Positions 1 to 17,950 of a stretch of DNA of 64,000 nt are shown here, piece by piece. Positions within the stretch are counted from its first letter, which is position 1. Each line of letters opens with the position of its first letter. The notes below the pieces were generated by a model that made no database searches, had not been told where the DNA came from, and saw only the letters and a list, made by a program, of their open reading frames with translations. Source of the stretch: the human T2T-CHM13v2.0 reference genome, Homo sapiens; assembly GCF_009914755.1 (NCBI RefSeq), contig NC_060946.1. The stretch is one strand, 5' to 3'. The position numbers and the translations under genes are program-made.

Positions 1-1289
1 CCAAGCCACAAGGATTTCAAAGTAAGCTTGAAATGAAAAAGGAATTTGAAGACAAATATCCTTTTTCAAATTGGCTTTTCCTCCCTGCTTCTGGGAAGCG
101 CTAAGGGTGGGACACGATCTAGAAATCCACTCAGTTGAGTAGTAATGCTTTTGAAGCAACATGACGTGTCTTCTCCGACTAGACTTCGAGCCACACTTTC
201 CAGGACAAGTCAGAGGGCAGTGGCCCCCTCAGAGGCTGACTGGGACCGCAGAGGCTTCCCTCGTGGTGAACAGAGTGTTGAGGGACTAATGTGTTTGAGA
301 ATTCAGTCTTGAATCTCAGGTCTCAGGGAGTCACTTTCATTTAGTTGCCCAGACTGGTCCTATAAGAAAAGGGGTCAGAGACATGAAAAACAAAAACAAA
401 AACCCATGGAATGGGAGTCGGCAATCCTGGAGCTTACCCTGGCTCTCCATTCTGCCTTATGTGTGCCCACACAAGGCCTTTAACCTTGTTAGACTGGTTT
501 CTTCTTTGTCCAGTAGGAATAATATCATCTGTCCTGCCTCCCTGAAGGGGCTAGAGCTTCCTGTGAGCTGACTTATGTGAAAATGTGCTGTATGCTATAC
601 AGATGTAAGAGATTAATATTTTAATATCCGGAATCAAACCGTTTTCTGAGGTGGCTGCCTTTGATTTTTGTCTTTTAAATCAGCCTATTTTATTTTTCTG
701 TTATTCAGCAAGTTGTTCTTGTTTGTGTGGTGAATGATGAAAGCCTTATTGTATATAATGATGACAAACACTATTTATTCAGCACATTCTATTCTGCTAG
801 GCCTTGTGGTATTTACTTTATTTACATTATCTCATTTTATTTCTCACAAGAACCCTTTGAGGTCCGTATTGATTCTCATTCCGCTGTTGATGAAACTGAG
901 CTGAGAAGGGCTGTGATGGAGAGGCCAGAATTTACCCTAGGGTTTGTCTCACTGTAAAAGGCCACCTGCTCCTGGACACATGGTGGTGGCACCAGTGCCC
1001 TTCAGAACATTATCAAGTCCTAGGAAGGGAGCAAGCAAAACCCACTCCTGAGCCACAATGTGGATGGCAGAAAGTGAGGAGCATAATGGCCCTCCCTCTT
1101 ATAGAAGCTGCATGTTCTGTTTTTCATACGGTTCTTATAAGCTCCACACTTTTGTTCTAAGCCTAGGAAGCAGCAAATTAAGAAGAGGTTAAGCAAAGAC
1201 TGCAGGCATTGACAGTAATAAGAAGTAGATGCCCACAAAGACCCCTTTCAGTTCTAATGTTCTGAGGTTGCAGCAGCCTTGACAGCAAC

Positions 1290-1983
<694 letters not shown>

Positions 1984-2383
1984 GCAACCAAAAGACAAAT
2001 TAACTATTAAAGTCAGATACTAGAACATAAAAAAGCACACCAGTCTGGGGCCATTTTGAAGTATATTTGATGACCTCAAGTTACCAAGAAATATTTAAAG
2101 AGTAGGCTAAATTTGTTAAATTTGTTTAAGAAAGATCTAATGCATGTTAGAAAGGTTTCATCCAAAATGATTAAGATAAAATGTTAAGTTTTAAAGTTAA
2201 GCTTTATGGAAAACTCAATTATCTAGAATGATGTTCCTACATAGCCAAAGAAGACAGTGAGAAGAAAGGAGTCAAAACCAACTGTTCCTAGCTTTAAGTG
2301 GATGTCGTTAAGTGGTTGAGTCTGCTTTCCACTTTCACTCTACCTTATTCATTCACTCTGCCCAAGAAGTACCTTTATCCACT

Positions 2384-2720
2384 CTAATGGCATTCGCAGC
2401 AACCTGGATGGGATTGGAGATTATATTCCAAGTGTGAAGGAACTCAGGAATGGAAAACCAAACATTGTATGTTCTCACTCATAAGTGGGAGCTAAGCTAT
2501 GAAGATGCAAAGGCGTAAGAATGACACAGTGGACTTTGAGGACTCAGGGGGAAAAGGTGGGAACGGGGTGAGGGATAAAAGACTACAAATTGAGTGCAGT
2601 GTATACTGCTCAGGTGATGGGTGCACCAAAATCTCACAAATCAAACTAAAGAACTTACTCATGTAACCAAACACCACCTGTTCCCCAAGAACCTATGGAA
2701 ATAAAAAAAAACAAAAACCC
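2384..2720 (+). mobile_element. 5'-truncated L1 (L1PB-like 3'UTR)
   Basis: L1 3'UTR motifs, A-tail, TSD AGAAGTACC(T/A)TTATCCACT at 2365-2383 and 2721-2739. Confidence 0.85.
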
Positions 2721-4553
2721 AGAAGTACCATTATCCACTCATTCCATGATTTCAGTGGGTGACACAGGAAGTGCTTGTTCATTCAGCATATAGTCCTGGA
2801 GCACCTGCTTTGTGACCGGGACCACTCCAGGCCCTGGGAATACAGGGGTGTGTGGAAGATATAGTCCTGCCCTTTAGTTGCTCATAGTTAATCAGGTAGA
2901 AAGACAAGTAAACAGGTGTTCAGAATCAAACTCAGCATAGACTGCTGTAGGACTACACAGCAGGGACACATAACCCTCTTTCTTGTGGGGGATAGGGTGG
3001 GGAGGATGGAAGGGCCATGGGGCTTCCCAGGGGAAATGATGTTCAGGCTGAAATCTTAAGAAGGGAATAATATTCTAAGCACAGGGAATAGCATGTGCAA
3101 AAACCCGGAGGCCAGAGAGCAAAGTCCAGTTGGGAAACTTGCAAATACACTACAATTTGGTCTCTGTATAGAATGTGAGCTGAAGGGTAGACAGGTCATG
3201 GTGGTGGGAGAGGGGAAGAGGGAGCAGCACAGGAGCAGCAGCAGTGTACCATGTGAGAAAGTTTGGACTTTATCCTGGGGGGCAACCAGAGAGCTTTGAG
3301 GGTTTGGGGAAGGGCTCCATTTACCTCACCAGCTGCTGCTGCTTTTCCCTTTCTCTGCTACCAGTCACGCTCACTTCTTGTAGTTCCTGCCAAGGCCACA
3401 ATCTTTCTTGCTTCAGGCCTTTGCACTTCTGTCTGGAATGTACTGCAAAGATTATTCTGGTTGCAGTTTGCTAACTAGATTAGAGTAGGGTAAGCCTAGA
3501 AATGGAGATAGAATAGGAGGCTGATGCAGTGGTCTAAGTGAAAGGAGATGGTGACCAAAACTGGGGAAGTGGCAGCGTGGACAGAGAGGCAAGGGCAGAT
3601 GTATGTGATATTGTAGGAGGTAGAATTGACAGTGTCACAATTGGCAAGTGATTGCCTTTGGGGGCAAGTTTGATACCTTAGGCCACTGATGTTCAAATGG
3701 GTTAGAAGGGCAGCAGGCTGTGGTCTGATTCCCAGTGATCTACCTCATGGTGTGTTTCAAGACCTCACTGTCCTATTGAAACATGAACCACCTGGATTTG
3801 CTCAACAAATTAATAAAGCTTAGAGGTTCCAGCTGTGTTAATGCAAGCCATGGCCATGTTTATGTCTAACCTTAACATTTATGATTATATGCCTTAGGCT
3901 TTCTGTAAACTAATACATAATAACATGCTTACTTGTAAGCATAATGGAATAAATGAGAGAAAAATCAGAGTAAATGACCAAGATGATCATCATCAAGTAG
4001 CTCTTATTAACAACCATTAAATGCCTGGCTCAGGTTTCCACGCACAAGGTCCTTTAACAAACTCAGTTTATATCATATGCTCTTGACCAGAGAAGCTTGA
4101 CTCACTGCAGTTGTTTAAACCCTAAAACCCAGACATTTCCAAGCCAGGCCCCTCCACCCCCAACACTGGACTCCTACTGCATAGAGCTTTTCTGTTTACA
4201 TTTGCTACTATAGAGATTTAGTTTGTTTCCGAAGGATGCATTTTAACTTTTGTGTGGTGAGCCACATTTGTTATATTTGAACCATGTGTGACGCAAGGGA
4301 GAAAGGTAACCACTTGGCTTAGAGGGGGAAGGGTGAGTCTTTGGGTTAACAGAGGTACTTCCTGCCAATTTAAAATGAGCTGGTTAGATGGTGGAATACA
4401 TTAAAACGTGTGTGTGTCTGTGTGTGTGTGTGTACATGCGCACATACACATGAATATATTTTTATATGCCCAAAAGACTAATGTGGATATAAAGCTTATT
4501 AAACTGGACCATGCTGTTTTCCAGTCTGAAACATAAAGGAAAAAAATGCTATT

Positions 4554-4856
<303 letters not shown>

Positions 4857-5134
4857 CTAAGAGTCTATATGCCTGTCACTTTGGAATTGTATAATACATA
4901 ACTCTCAGCTGACCTAGAAGTGCTTCTGAGACCAGGCCTCATTTGTGTTTTGTTATATCTTCAGTTATATAAACCATGAGGAACAAATGGAGAAAGGGAA
5001 AGGACTTCAGCTGATAGTGGAGTGATTCATAAATCGATAACATAGATGGAAAACTAAGGTCCACAGAGATTCATCGTCCATGACCCATGATGAATTAATT
5101 TCTTTATTCAATAAAGCTATATTTAGTATTATAA

Positions 5135-6890
<1,756 letters not shown>

Positions 6891-7055
6891 CGGGGGTATG
6901 CAAACATTGAGTGCATAGCAGAATCATTGAGGTACATCTTTGAAAGCTGTCTACCAGAGTTGGTACATATATTTAGCTTTCTTTGTTCTCAGCTACAGCT
7001 TTTTCTACTAGACCAAACCATCTGATGTGTGGCTGTGAAACACTAATATGCTCAG

Positions 7056-10000
7056 TGTGGTGGGCTGAAGAATGGCCCTCCAAAGATGTTCATGATATAA
7101 TCCCTAGAATCTGTGAATACGTTACCTTAGATGGCATAGGAGATTTTGCAGATATGATGAAAGATTTTGTGATAGATTATCCAGGTGAGACCAATGTAAT
7201 CACAGGGTCCTTAGAGAGGCAGGAGGATCTGAGTCAGAGAAGACAGATGTGACAATGGAAACAGAGGGAGGAAGAAGAGGTGATGAAGGAAACAGAGGGA
7301 GGAAGGAGAGGTGATGAAGGAAACAGGGAGGAGGGAGAGGTGATGAAGGAAATGGAGGAGGGAGAGGTGATGATGGAAACAGGGAGGAGGGAGAGGTGAT
7401 GAAGGAAACAGGGAGGAGGGAGAGGTGATGATGGAAATGGAGGAGGGAGAGGTGATGAAGGAAATGGAGGAGGGAGAGGTGATGAAGGAAACAGGGAGGA
7501 GGGAGAGGTGATGATGGAAATGGAGGAAGGAGAGGTGATGATGGAAACAGGGAGGAGGGAGAGGTGATGAAGGAAATGGAGGAGGGAGAGGTGATGAAGG
7601 AAACAGGGAGGAGGGAGAGGTGATGAAGGAAATGGAGGAGGGAGAGGTGATGATGGAAACAGGGAGGAGGGAGAGGTGATGAAGGAAATGGAGGAGGGAG
7701 AGGTGATGAAGGAAACAGGGAGGAGGGAGAGGTGATGATGGAAATGGAGGAAGGAGAGGTGATGATGGAAACAGGGAGGAGGGAGAGGTGATGAAGGAAA
7801 TGGAGGAGGGAGAGGTGATGAAGGAAACAGGGAGGAGGGAGAGGTGATGAAGGAAATGGAGGAGGGAGAGGTGATGATGGAAACAGGGAGGAGGGAGAGG
7901 TGATGATGGAAACAGGGAGGAGGGAGAGGTGATGAAGGAAATGGAGGAGGGAGAGGTGATGATGGAAACAGGGAGGAGGGAGAGGTGATGAAGGAAACAG
8001 GGAGGAGGGAGAGGTGATGAAGGAAATGGAGGAGGGAGAGGTGATGAAGGAAACAGGGAGGAGGGAGAGGTGATGAAGGAAATGGAGGAGGGAGAGGTGA
8101 TGATGGAAACAGGGAGGAGGGAGAGGTGATGATGGAAACAGGGAGGAGGGAGAGGTGATGAAGGAAATGGAGGAGGGAGAGGTGATGAAGGAAACAGGGA
8201 GGAGGGAGAGGTGATGAAGGAAATGGAGGAGGGAGAGGTGATGATGGAAACAGGGAGGAGGGAGAGGTGATGAAGGAAATGGAGGAGGGAGAGGTGATGA
8301 TGGAAACAGGGAGGAGGGAGAGGTGATGATGGAAACAGGGAGGAGGGAGAGGTGATGAAGGAAATGGAGGAGGGAGAGGTGATGAAGGAAACAGGGAGGA
8401 GGGAGAGGTGATGAAGGAAATGGAGGAGGGAGAGGTGATGATGGAAACAGGGAGGAGGGAGAGGTGATGATGGAAACAGGGAGGAGGGAGAGGTGATGAA
8501 GGAAATGGAGGAGGGAGAGGTGATGATGGAAACAGGGAGGAGGGAGAGGTGATGAAGGAAACAGGGAGGAGGGAGAGGTGATGAAGGAAACAGGGAGGAG
8601 GGAGAGGTGATGAAGGAAATGGAGGAGGGAGAGGTGATGATGGAAACAGGGAGGAGGGAGAGGTGATGAAGGAAACAGGGAGGAGGGAGAGGTGATGAAG
8701 GAAATGGAGGAGGGAGAGGTGATGAAGGAAACAGGGAGGAGGGAGAGGTGATGAAGGAAATGGAGGAGGGAGAGGTGATGAAGGAAACAGGGAGGAGGGA
8801 GAGGTGATGAAGGAAATGGAGGAGGGAGAGGTGATGATGGAAACAGGGAGGAGGGAGAGGTGATGATGGAAACAGGGAGGAGGGAGAGGTGATGAAGGAA
8901 ATGGAGGAGGGAGAGGTGATGAAGGAAACAGGGAGGAGGGAGAGGTGATGATGGAAATGGAGGAAGGAGAGGTGATGATGGAAACAGGGAGGAGGGAGAG
9001 GTGATGAAGGAAATGGAGGAGGGAGAGGTGATGATGGAAACAGGGAGGAGGGAGAGGTGATGAAGGAAATGGAGGAGGGAGAGGTGATGATGGAAACAGG
9101 GAGGAGGGAGAGGTGATGAAGGAAATGGAGGAGGGAGAGGTGATGAAGGAAACAGGGAGGAGGGAGAGGTGATGAAGGAAATGGAGGAAGGAGAGGTGAT
9201 GATGGAAACAGGGAGGAGGGAGAGGTGATGAAGGAAACAGGGAGGAGGGAGAGGTGATGATGGAAATGGAGGAAGGAGAGGTGATGATGGAAACAGGGAG
9301 GAGGGAGAGGTGATGAAGGAAACAGAGAGGAAGGAGAGGTGATGATGGAAACAGGGAGGAGGGAGAGGTGATGAAGGAAATGGAGGAGGGAGAGGTGATG
9401 AAGGAAACAGGGAGGAGGGAGAGGTGATGAAGGAAATGGAGGAGGGAGAGGTGATGAAGGAAACAGGGAGGAGGGAGAGGTGATGAAGGAAATGGAGGAG
9501 GGAGAGGTGATGATGGAAACAGGGAGGAGGGAGAGGTGATGATGGAAACAGGGAGGAGGGAGAGGTGATGAAGGAAATGGAGGAGGGAGAGGTGATAATG
9601 GAAACAGGGAGGAGGGAGAGGTGATGAAGGAAACAGGGAGGAGGGAGAGGTGATGAAGGAAATGGAGGAGGGAGAGGTGATGATGGAAACAGGGAGGAGG
9701 GAGAGGTGATGAAGGAAATGGAGGAGGGAGAGGTGATGATGGAAACAGGGAGGAGGGAGAGGTGATGAAGGAAATGGAGGAGGGAGAGGTGATGAAGGAA
9801 ACAGGGAGGAGGGAGAGGTGATGAAGGAAATGGAGGAGGGAGAGGTGATGATGGAAACAGGGAGGAGGGAGAGGTGATGATGGAAACAGGGAGGAGGGAG
9901 AGGTGATGAAGGAAATGGAGGAGGGAGAGGTGATAATGGAAACAGGGAGGAGGGAGAGGTGATGAAGGAAACAGGGAGGAGGGAGAGGTGATGAAGGAAA

Positions 10001-10443
10001 CAGGGAGGAGGGAGAGGTGATGATGGAAACAGGGAGGAAGGAGAGGTGATAAAGGAAACGGAGGAGGGAGAGGTGATGATGGAAACGGAGGAGGGAGAGG
10101 TGACGATGGAAACAGGGAGGAGGGAGAGTTGATGATGGAAACAGGGAGAAAGGAGAAGTGATGAAGGAAACGGAGGAAGGAGAGGTGCTGACGGAAACAG
10201 AGGGTGAAATGGTGCGGCTGCAAGCCAAGGCATATGGGCAGCTGCTAGGAGGTTGAAAAGGCAAGGAATGGATTCTCCCCTTGAGCCTCTAGGAGGAACT
10301 TGGCTCCACTAACACCTTGAGTTTAGACCCATAAGCCCCACTTAGTACTCCTGACCTCCAGAACTGAAAGATAATAAATTTATGTTATTTAAAGCCACTA
10401 GGTTTGTGGTAATTTGTCCCAGCAGCAATAAGGAACTAATATA
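7056..10443 (+). mobile_element. MLT1D-type MaLR LTR split by the minisatellite
   Basis: 5' part TGTGGTGGGCTGAAGAATGGCCCTCCAAAGATGT...CAATGTAATCACAGGGTCCTT; 3' part AAAAGGCAAGGAATGGATTCTCCCC...AAGCCACTAGGTTTGTGGTAATTTG...GGAACTAAT. Confidence 0.85.
7246..10204 (+). repeat. Purine-rich minisatellite/VNTR, ~105 units of 27/29 bp: GGAGGAGGGAGAGGTGATGA(A/T)GGAAA(CAG/T)
   Basis: Directly visible tandem array; copy number estimated as length/28; diverged edge units. Confidence 0.98.
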
Positions 10444-10909
10444 TTCACCAAAAGTCCTTGAGGAAACCCACTTGTGGAATCTTTGAAGGAATTAGGAGCT
10501 TAAATAGAAGGTATAGGATAATGGGCTTCTGAGAGGGCTTTTCCTGCCCTCTGGTAACTCTGAAACATAATTTACATTATTGGAGTCTTTCTGTTTTTAG
10601 GAAATTGTTCCTAGTTTTCTTCAATACTAAATCCTATCAATATTAAACAGTTTTTTTTTTTTTTTAAATACGTATTCGGTTAGTTAAATGTAGACCTAGT
10701 CTCACATACTCTTCAAAATAAAACAAAAACATGGTTTTTAGCAGAGGACACTAAAGCTTCCATTTTCAAAGCTGGTTGCTTGTTGTTTATTTGTACCTCA
10801 GGAGTGGAAATACTGGCTGAGATGAAAGTACCTGGCACAAATCGCTTTTCCTTCTTGGTGTTTCACAGCCAGATGTTGCGAAATTCTTTTGTTTTTCTTT
10901 TTTCTTTAG

Positions 10910-11034
10910 TGCCTGGAAACCTTGGCTGCTACAAGGATCATGGAAACCCACCTCCTCTAACTGGCACCAGTAAAACGTCCAACAAACTCACCATACAAAC
11001 TTGCATCAGTTTTTGTCGGAGTCAGAGGTTCAAG
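10910..11034 (+). CDS. KREMEN1: KREMEN1 exon 4, start of WSC domain ((M)PGNLGCYKDHGNPPPLTGTSKTSNKLTIQTCISFCRSQRFK)
   Basis: Polypyrimidine tract + TTTAG acceptor at 10909; donor AAG|GTGATG at 11034; 125 nt, phase 1 to 0; translation matches recalled KREMEN1 protein. Confidence 0.97.
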
Positions 11035-11069
11035 GTGATGACTCTGTGGCTGTGTAACTATAGAAAAAT

Positions 11070-14430
<3,361 letters not shown>

Positions 14431-14814
14431 ATGGGGCCTATAATGTGTTTGCTTTGAGGGTTAGCTATAAAGCACTCACTGCCTGGCTCATAGTAAACAG
14501 TCAATAAAATGTTTAGCTGTTACTCACATTTGAAGTTTATGAGATTTTCTCCCCCTTAAAACTTACTGAAGTGCAGTAGAAACACAAACATTAAAAAGTG
14601 ATGCTCGCCGACAGGGAAACACATTGGTGGTTGCGTACTTATTGTTCAGCTTGAAATTAAGTGTTGCAAGAGTGGAAGAAGGGGGAGGTCCCAGGGGAAG
14701 GGACCCTGGGAAGTTGAGGCTGATTGCTTGCTGGAAGCCCACCCTGCCAGGCTCCTTCAGGCCATCTGACATCCCTGATGATGCTTACCGTGTGCTGCTT
14801 CTCTGTTGTGGCAG

Positions 14815-14968
14815 TTTGCTGGGATGGAGTCAGGCTATGCTTGCTTCTGTGGAAACAATCCTGATTACTGGAAGTACGGGGAGGCAGCCAGTACCGAATG
14901 CAACAGCGTCTGCTTCGGGGATCACACCCAACCCTGTGGTGGCGATGGCAGGATCATCCTCTTTGATA
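14815..14968 (+). CDS. KREMEN1: KREMEN1 exon 5, WSC domain (FAGMESGYACFCGNNPDYWKYGEAASTECNSVCFGDHTQPCGGDGRIILFD)
   Basis: GCAG acceptor, GATA|GTGAGT donor; 154 nt, phase 0 to 1. The Phe codon at 14962-14964 (site of the reported ectodermal-dysplasia F209S allele, from memory) is reference TTT. Confidence 0.97.
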
Positions 14969-15804
14969 GTGAGTATGCCCTGTGCCCATCACTGCCCAAG
15001 GCACAGGAACCCTTGGACCAGAGCAACAAGCCTGCCCACCCTCCCTCCCTTCTATGTATTCATTCATTCACTTGGCAATAGACAATACTTGTGACTAGAC
15101 CCTGGGAATACAGCACAGTGCATGAAGACTCAGCCCCTGCCTTCTGGAAGAGAGAACAGACACTTAAAAAGGGATTAGCTACAGTCATGCCAAACGGTTT
15201 GAAGCAACGTGGCCTATTCTGTGATGCTTAGACAACCCAGAAATGATAACCTTTCCAATTTTACATAGACACTAATATAACAATCCAGTATCAGCTTTAT
15301 TATACTCTTGCTTTAATATAATTTCCAAACCCTTTTGACTGTTTTTTTTTTAGGCATTTGGGATTTATATATTATTGTGATAGACCTGAGGAGACAGCGT
15401 AGCTCTAAGTTGTTTTTTCAGGCCTGGCATTGGGTTTGCCCTGACCCACCTCCTCTCTAAACTGCCGCATTTGTGAGATACTGGCCAGGGGCAGAGTGTG
15501 TTCAGAATGGGAGTGGATCCAGGGCCTTGACCTCACCAACATCATGTTCTAACCACTGAGCCAGCTGATTCCTCATCATAATCCACCAGCATCCTCTCAG
15601 TGGCAGTGAAACTTTATGATAATTACAGCGCTGTGCAGCACCAGATTTAAAGATAGTGGAGGCAGACAAAAAAAAAAAAGGCTCGAGATTACCAAGAAAT
15701 ATTGTAGTGTCTGTGGTGTCTTTGGCCTTTAGGCTAGAGGAGGTGCGCTACTGGCATCTCAACCAGGCAGCATGGCTAGTTTTGAGCAAAAATGACATAT
15801 GGTT

Positions 15805-16221
15805 TATTAGTTTCCTAGGACTGCCATAACAGATTATCACCAACTGGGTGGCTTAAAACAACAAACATTCATTCTCTGACAGTTCTGGAGGCTAGAAATC
15901 CAAAATCGAGGTGTCAGCAGGGCTGTGCTCTCTCCAAAGTCTCCAGGGAAGCCCTCCTCACTTCTGGTGGTTGTCGGCGATCCTTGGCATTTGTTGGCTG
16001 CACCACTCCAGTCTCTGCCTTCTCTTTCACATGGCCATCTTCCCTCTGTGTGTGTCTGTGTGTCTATGTCTCTGTGTGTCTCCTTAAAAGGAACCAATCA
16101 TTGGATTTAGGGCCCACCTTAATTTAGTATAGCCTCATCTTAACTCGGTTACATAACATTCACAGGTACCAGGTGTTAGGACTCGAACTTATCTTTCTAG
16201 GGGACACAATTCAGCCACTAT
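15805..16221 (-). mobile_element. MLT1B/C-type LTR
   Basis: ATTAGTTTCCTAGGACTGCCATAACA...GGTGGCTTAAAACAAC...CAGTTCTGGAGGCTAGAAATCCAAAATC. Confidence 0.75.
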
Positions 16222-16919
16222 ATATATGGTGACTATAAAACCCAGCCAAGGTTTATAACTGAGCCTTTTACATGTTATAGCTTAGATATTATCTAAAGTG
16301 TGTTTGTATTTGGGGTGGGAAGACAGGATTAGTGAACAGAACTTACAGTCAATTGGTTTTTTTAGCTAAGTGTGCCCATTGGAGACTGCCAGTTGATTCC
16401 TATACATCCTGTTATGTCCAGACCAATGCTTAGTTTGATACCTTTGTTTTGGCTAAAGACTGAACTTTGGCTAATGATTAACGAATCTTGCTAATGCTTA
16501 GTTGGCAAATAACTACCCACTGCACATCTATTTAACCTTTTATTCTAGAGTTCATTATTATAAGATTCTCTGCCTTAACACTGTAACTCAGGAGAGTAAG
16601 TTTTCTGAACTTGCAAAATGCCTGGTATACTCTTAAGTGAAAAAACAAAGGAAATGTTTCTTGAGTACCTAGTATGCATGAAGGCCTTATCTAAATTATC
16701 ACATTCGGTTCTCTTGGCACCCTTCTGAAGTAGGGGTTATTGTGATTACTCTCATTTCACAGAAGAGAGCCACATGACATGGACAGGATAAATAACTTGC
16801 TGGGATTCATACTGCTAAGAAACCACTAGAGAGGTGCTAGAGAGGAAAGAGGAGTAGTGTGAGGGTTTACTACCTGTTTTTTGACTTTAAATAGAATGCA
16901 GTGTCAATTAAAAAATGGA

Positions 16920-17950
16920 AAATGAGTGTCCACAGATATATGGAGAAATTGGAACCCTCATACATTGCTGGTGGGAATGTAAAATGGTGCAGCTGCTTTG
17001 GAAAACAGTCTGGCCAGCCTGGCCAACATGGTGAAACCCCATCTCTACTAAAAATACAAAAATTAGCTGGTTGTGGTGGCACACGTGCCTGTAATCCCAG
17101 CTACTCGGGAGGCTGAGGCACAAGAATCACTTGAACCCAGGAGGTGGAGGTTGCAGTGAGCTGAGATAGCGCTCTGCCTGGCGACAGAGCGAGACTCCAT
17201 CTCAAAAAAAAAAAGTAAACAGTCTGGCATTTCCTCAAAACGTGAACAGAGAGTAACTGTATGACCCAGCAATTCCATTCTTAGGTATATACCTGAGAGA
17301 ACTGAAAACATGTTTCCACAAAAAACATACATACCAATGTTCCTAGCAACATTATTCATAATAGCCAAAAAGCGGCAGCAAACCAAATGTCTATCAGCTG
17401 ATGAATGGATAAACAAAGTGGATATCCATATGATGGAATATTATTCAACCATAAAAATAAATAAAGTACTGAGGCATGCTACAACATGGATGAACCTTGA
17501 AACCATTATTCTAAATGAAAGAACCAGATGCAAAGGGCTACATATTTTATGATCTCATTTATATGAAATGTCCAGAATAGGCAAAGCCACACAAATGGAA
17601 GCCAGATTCCGGGTTGCCAAGGGCTGGGGGAAGGGGAAGAATATGGAGTGACTGCTTAATAGGTACGGATTTTCTTTTTAGGGTGATAAAAATGTTCTGG
17701 AATTAGGGATGATGATTGTATAACATTGTGGATATACTGAATACCACTGATTCATATATAGATAGTCCCCAACTTAGGACAGTCAACTTATGATTTTTCA
17801 ACTTTGCAGTAGGTTTATCAGGGTATTAAATGCATATTTCACTTTGATATTTTCAATTTACAATGAGTTTATCAGGACATAACCCCATTATAAGTCAAGG
17901 AACATCTGTACTTTAAAATGGTTAAAATGGTGGATTTTAGATCAAGAAGA
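16920..17950 (+). mobile_element. L1M 3' fragment with nested partial Alu (17012-17214) and a Tigger/MER47-like DNA element (~17758-17909)
   Basis: L1 3' motifs; Tigger end TTTATCAGGACATAACCCCATTATAAGTCAAGGAACATCTG flanked by TA. Confidence 0.7.

Noticed and set aside
7246-10204. CRISPR-like array
   Set aside because: No unique spacers; contiguous tandem units in a human intron
7200-10264. Three ~1000-aa minus-strand ORFs as protein-coding genes
   Set aside because: Fully explained by a tandem repeat lacking antisense stop codons; all frames equally open, low-complexity product
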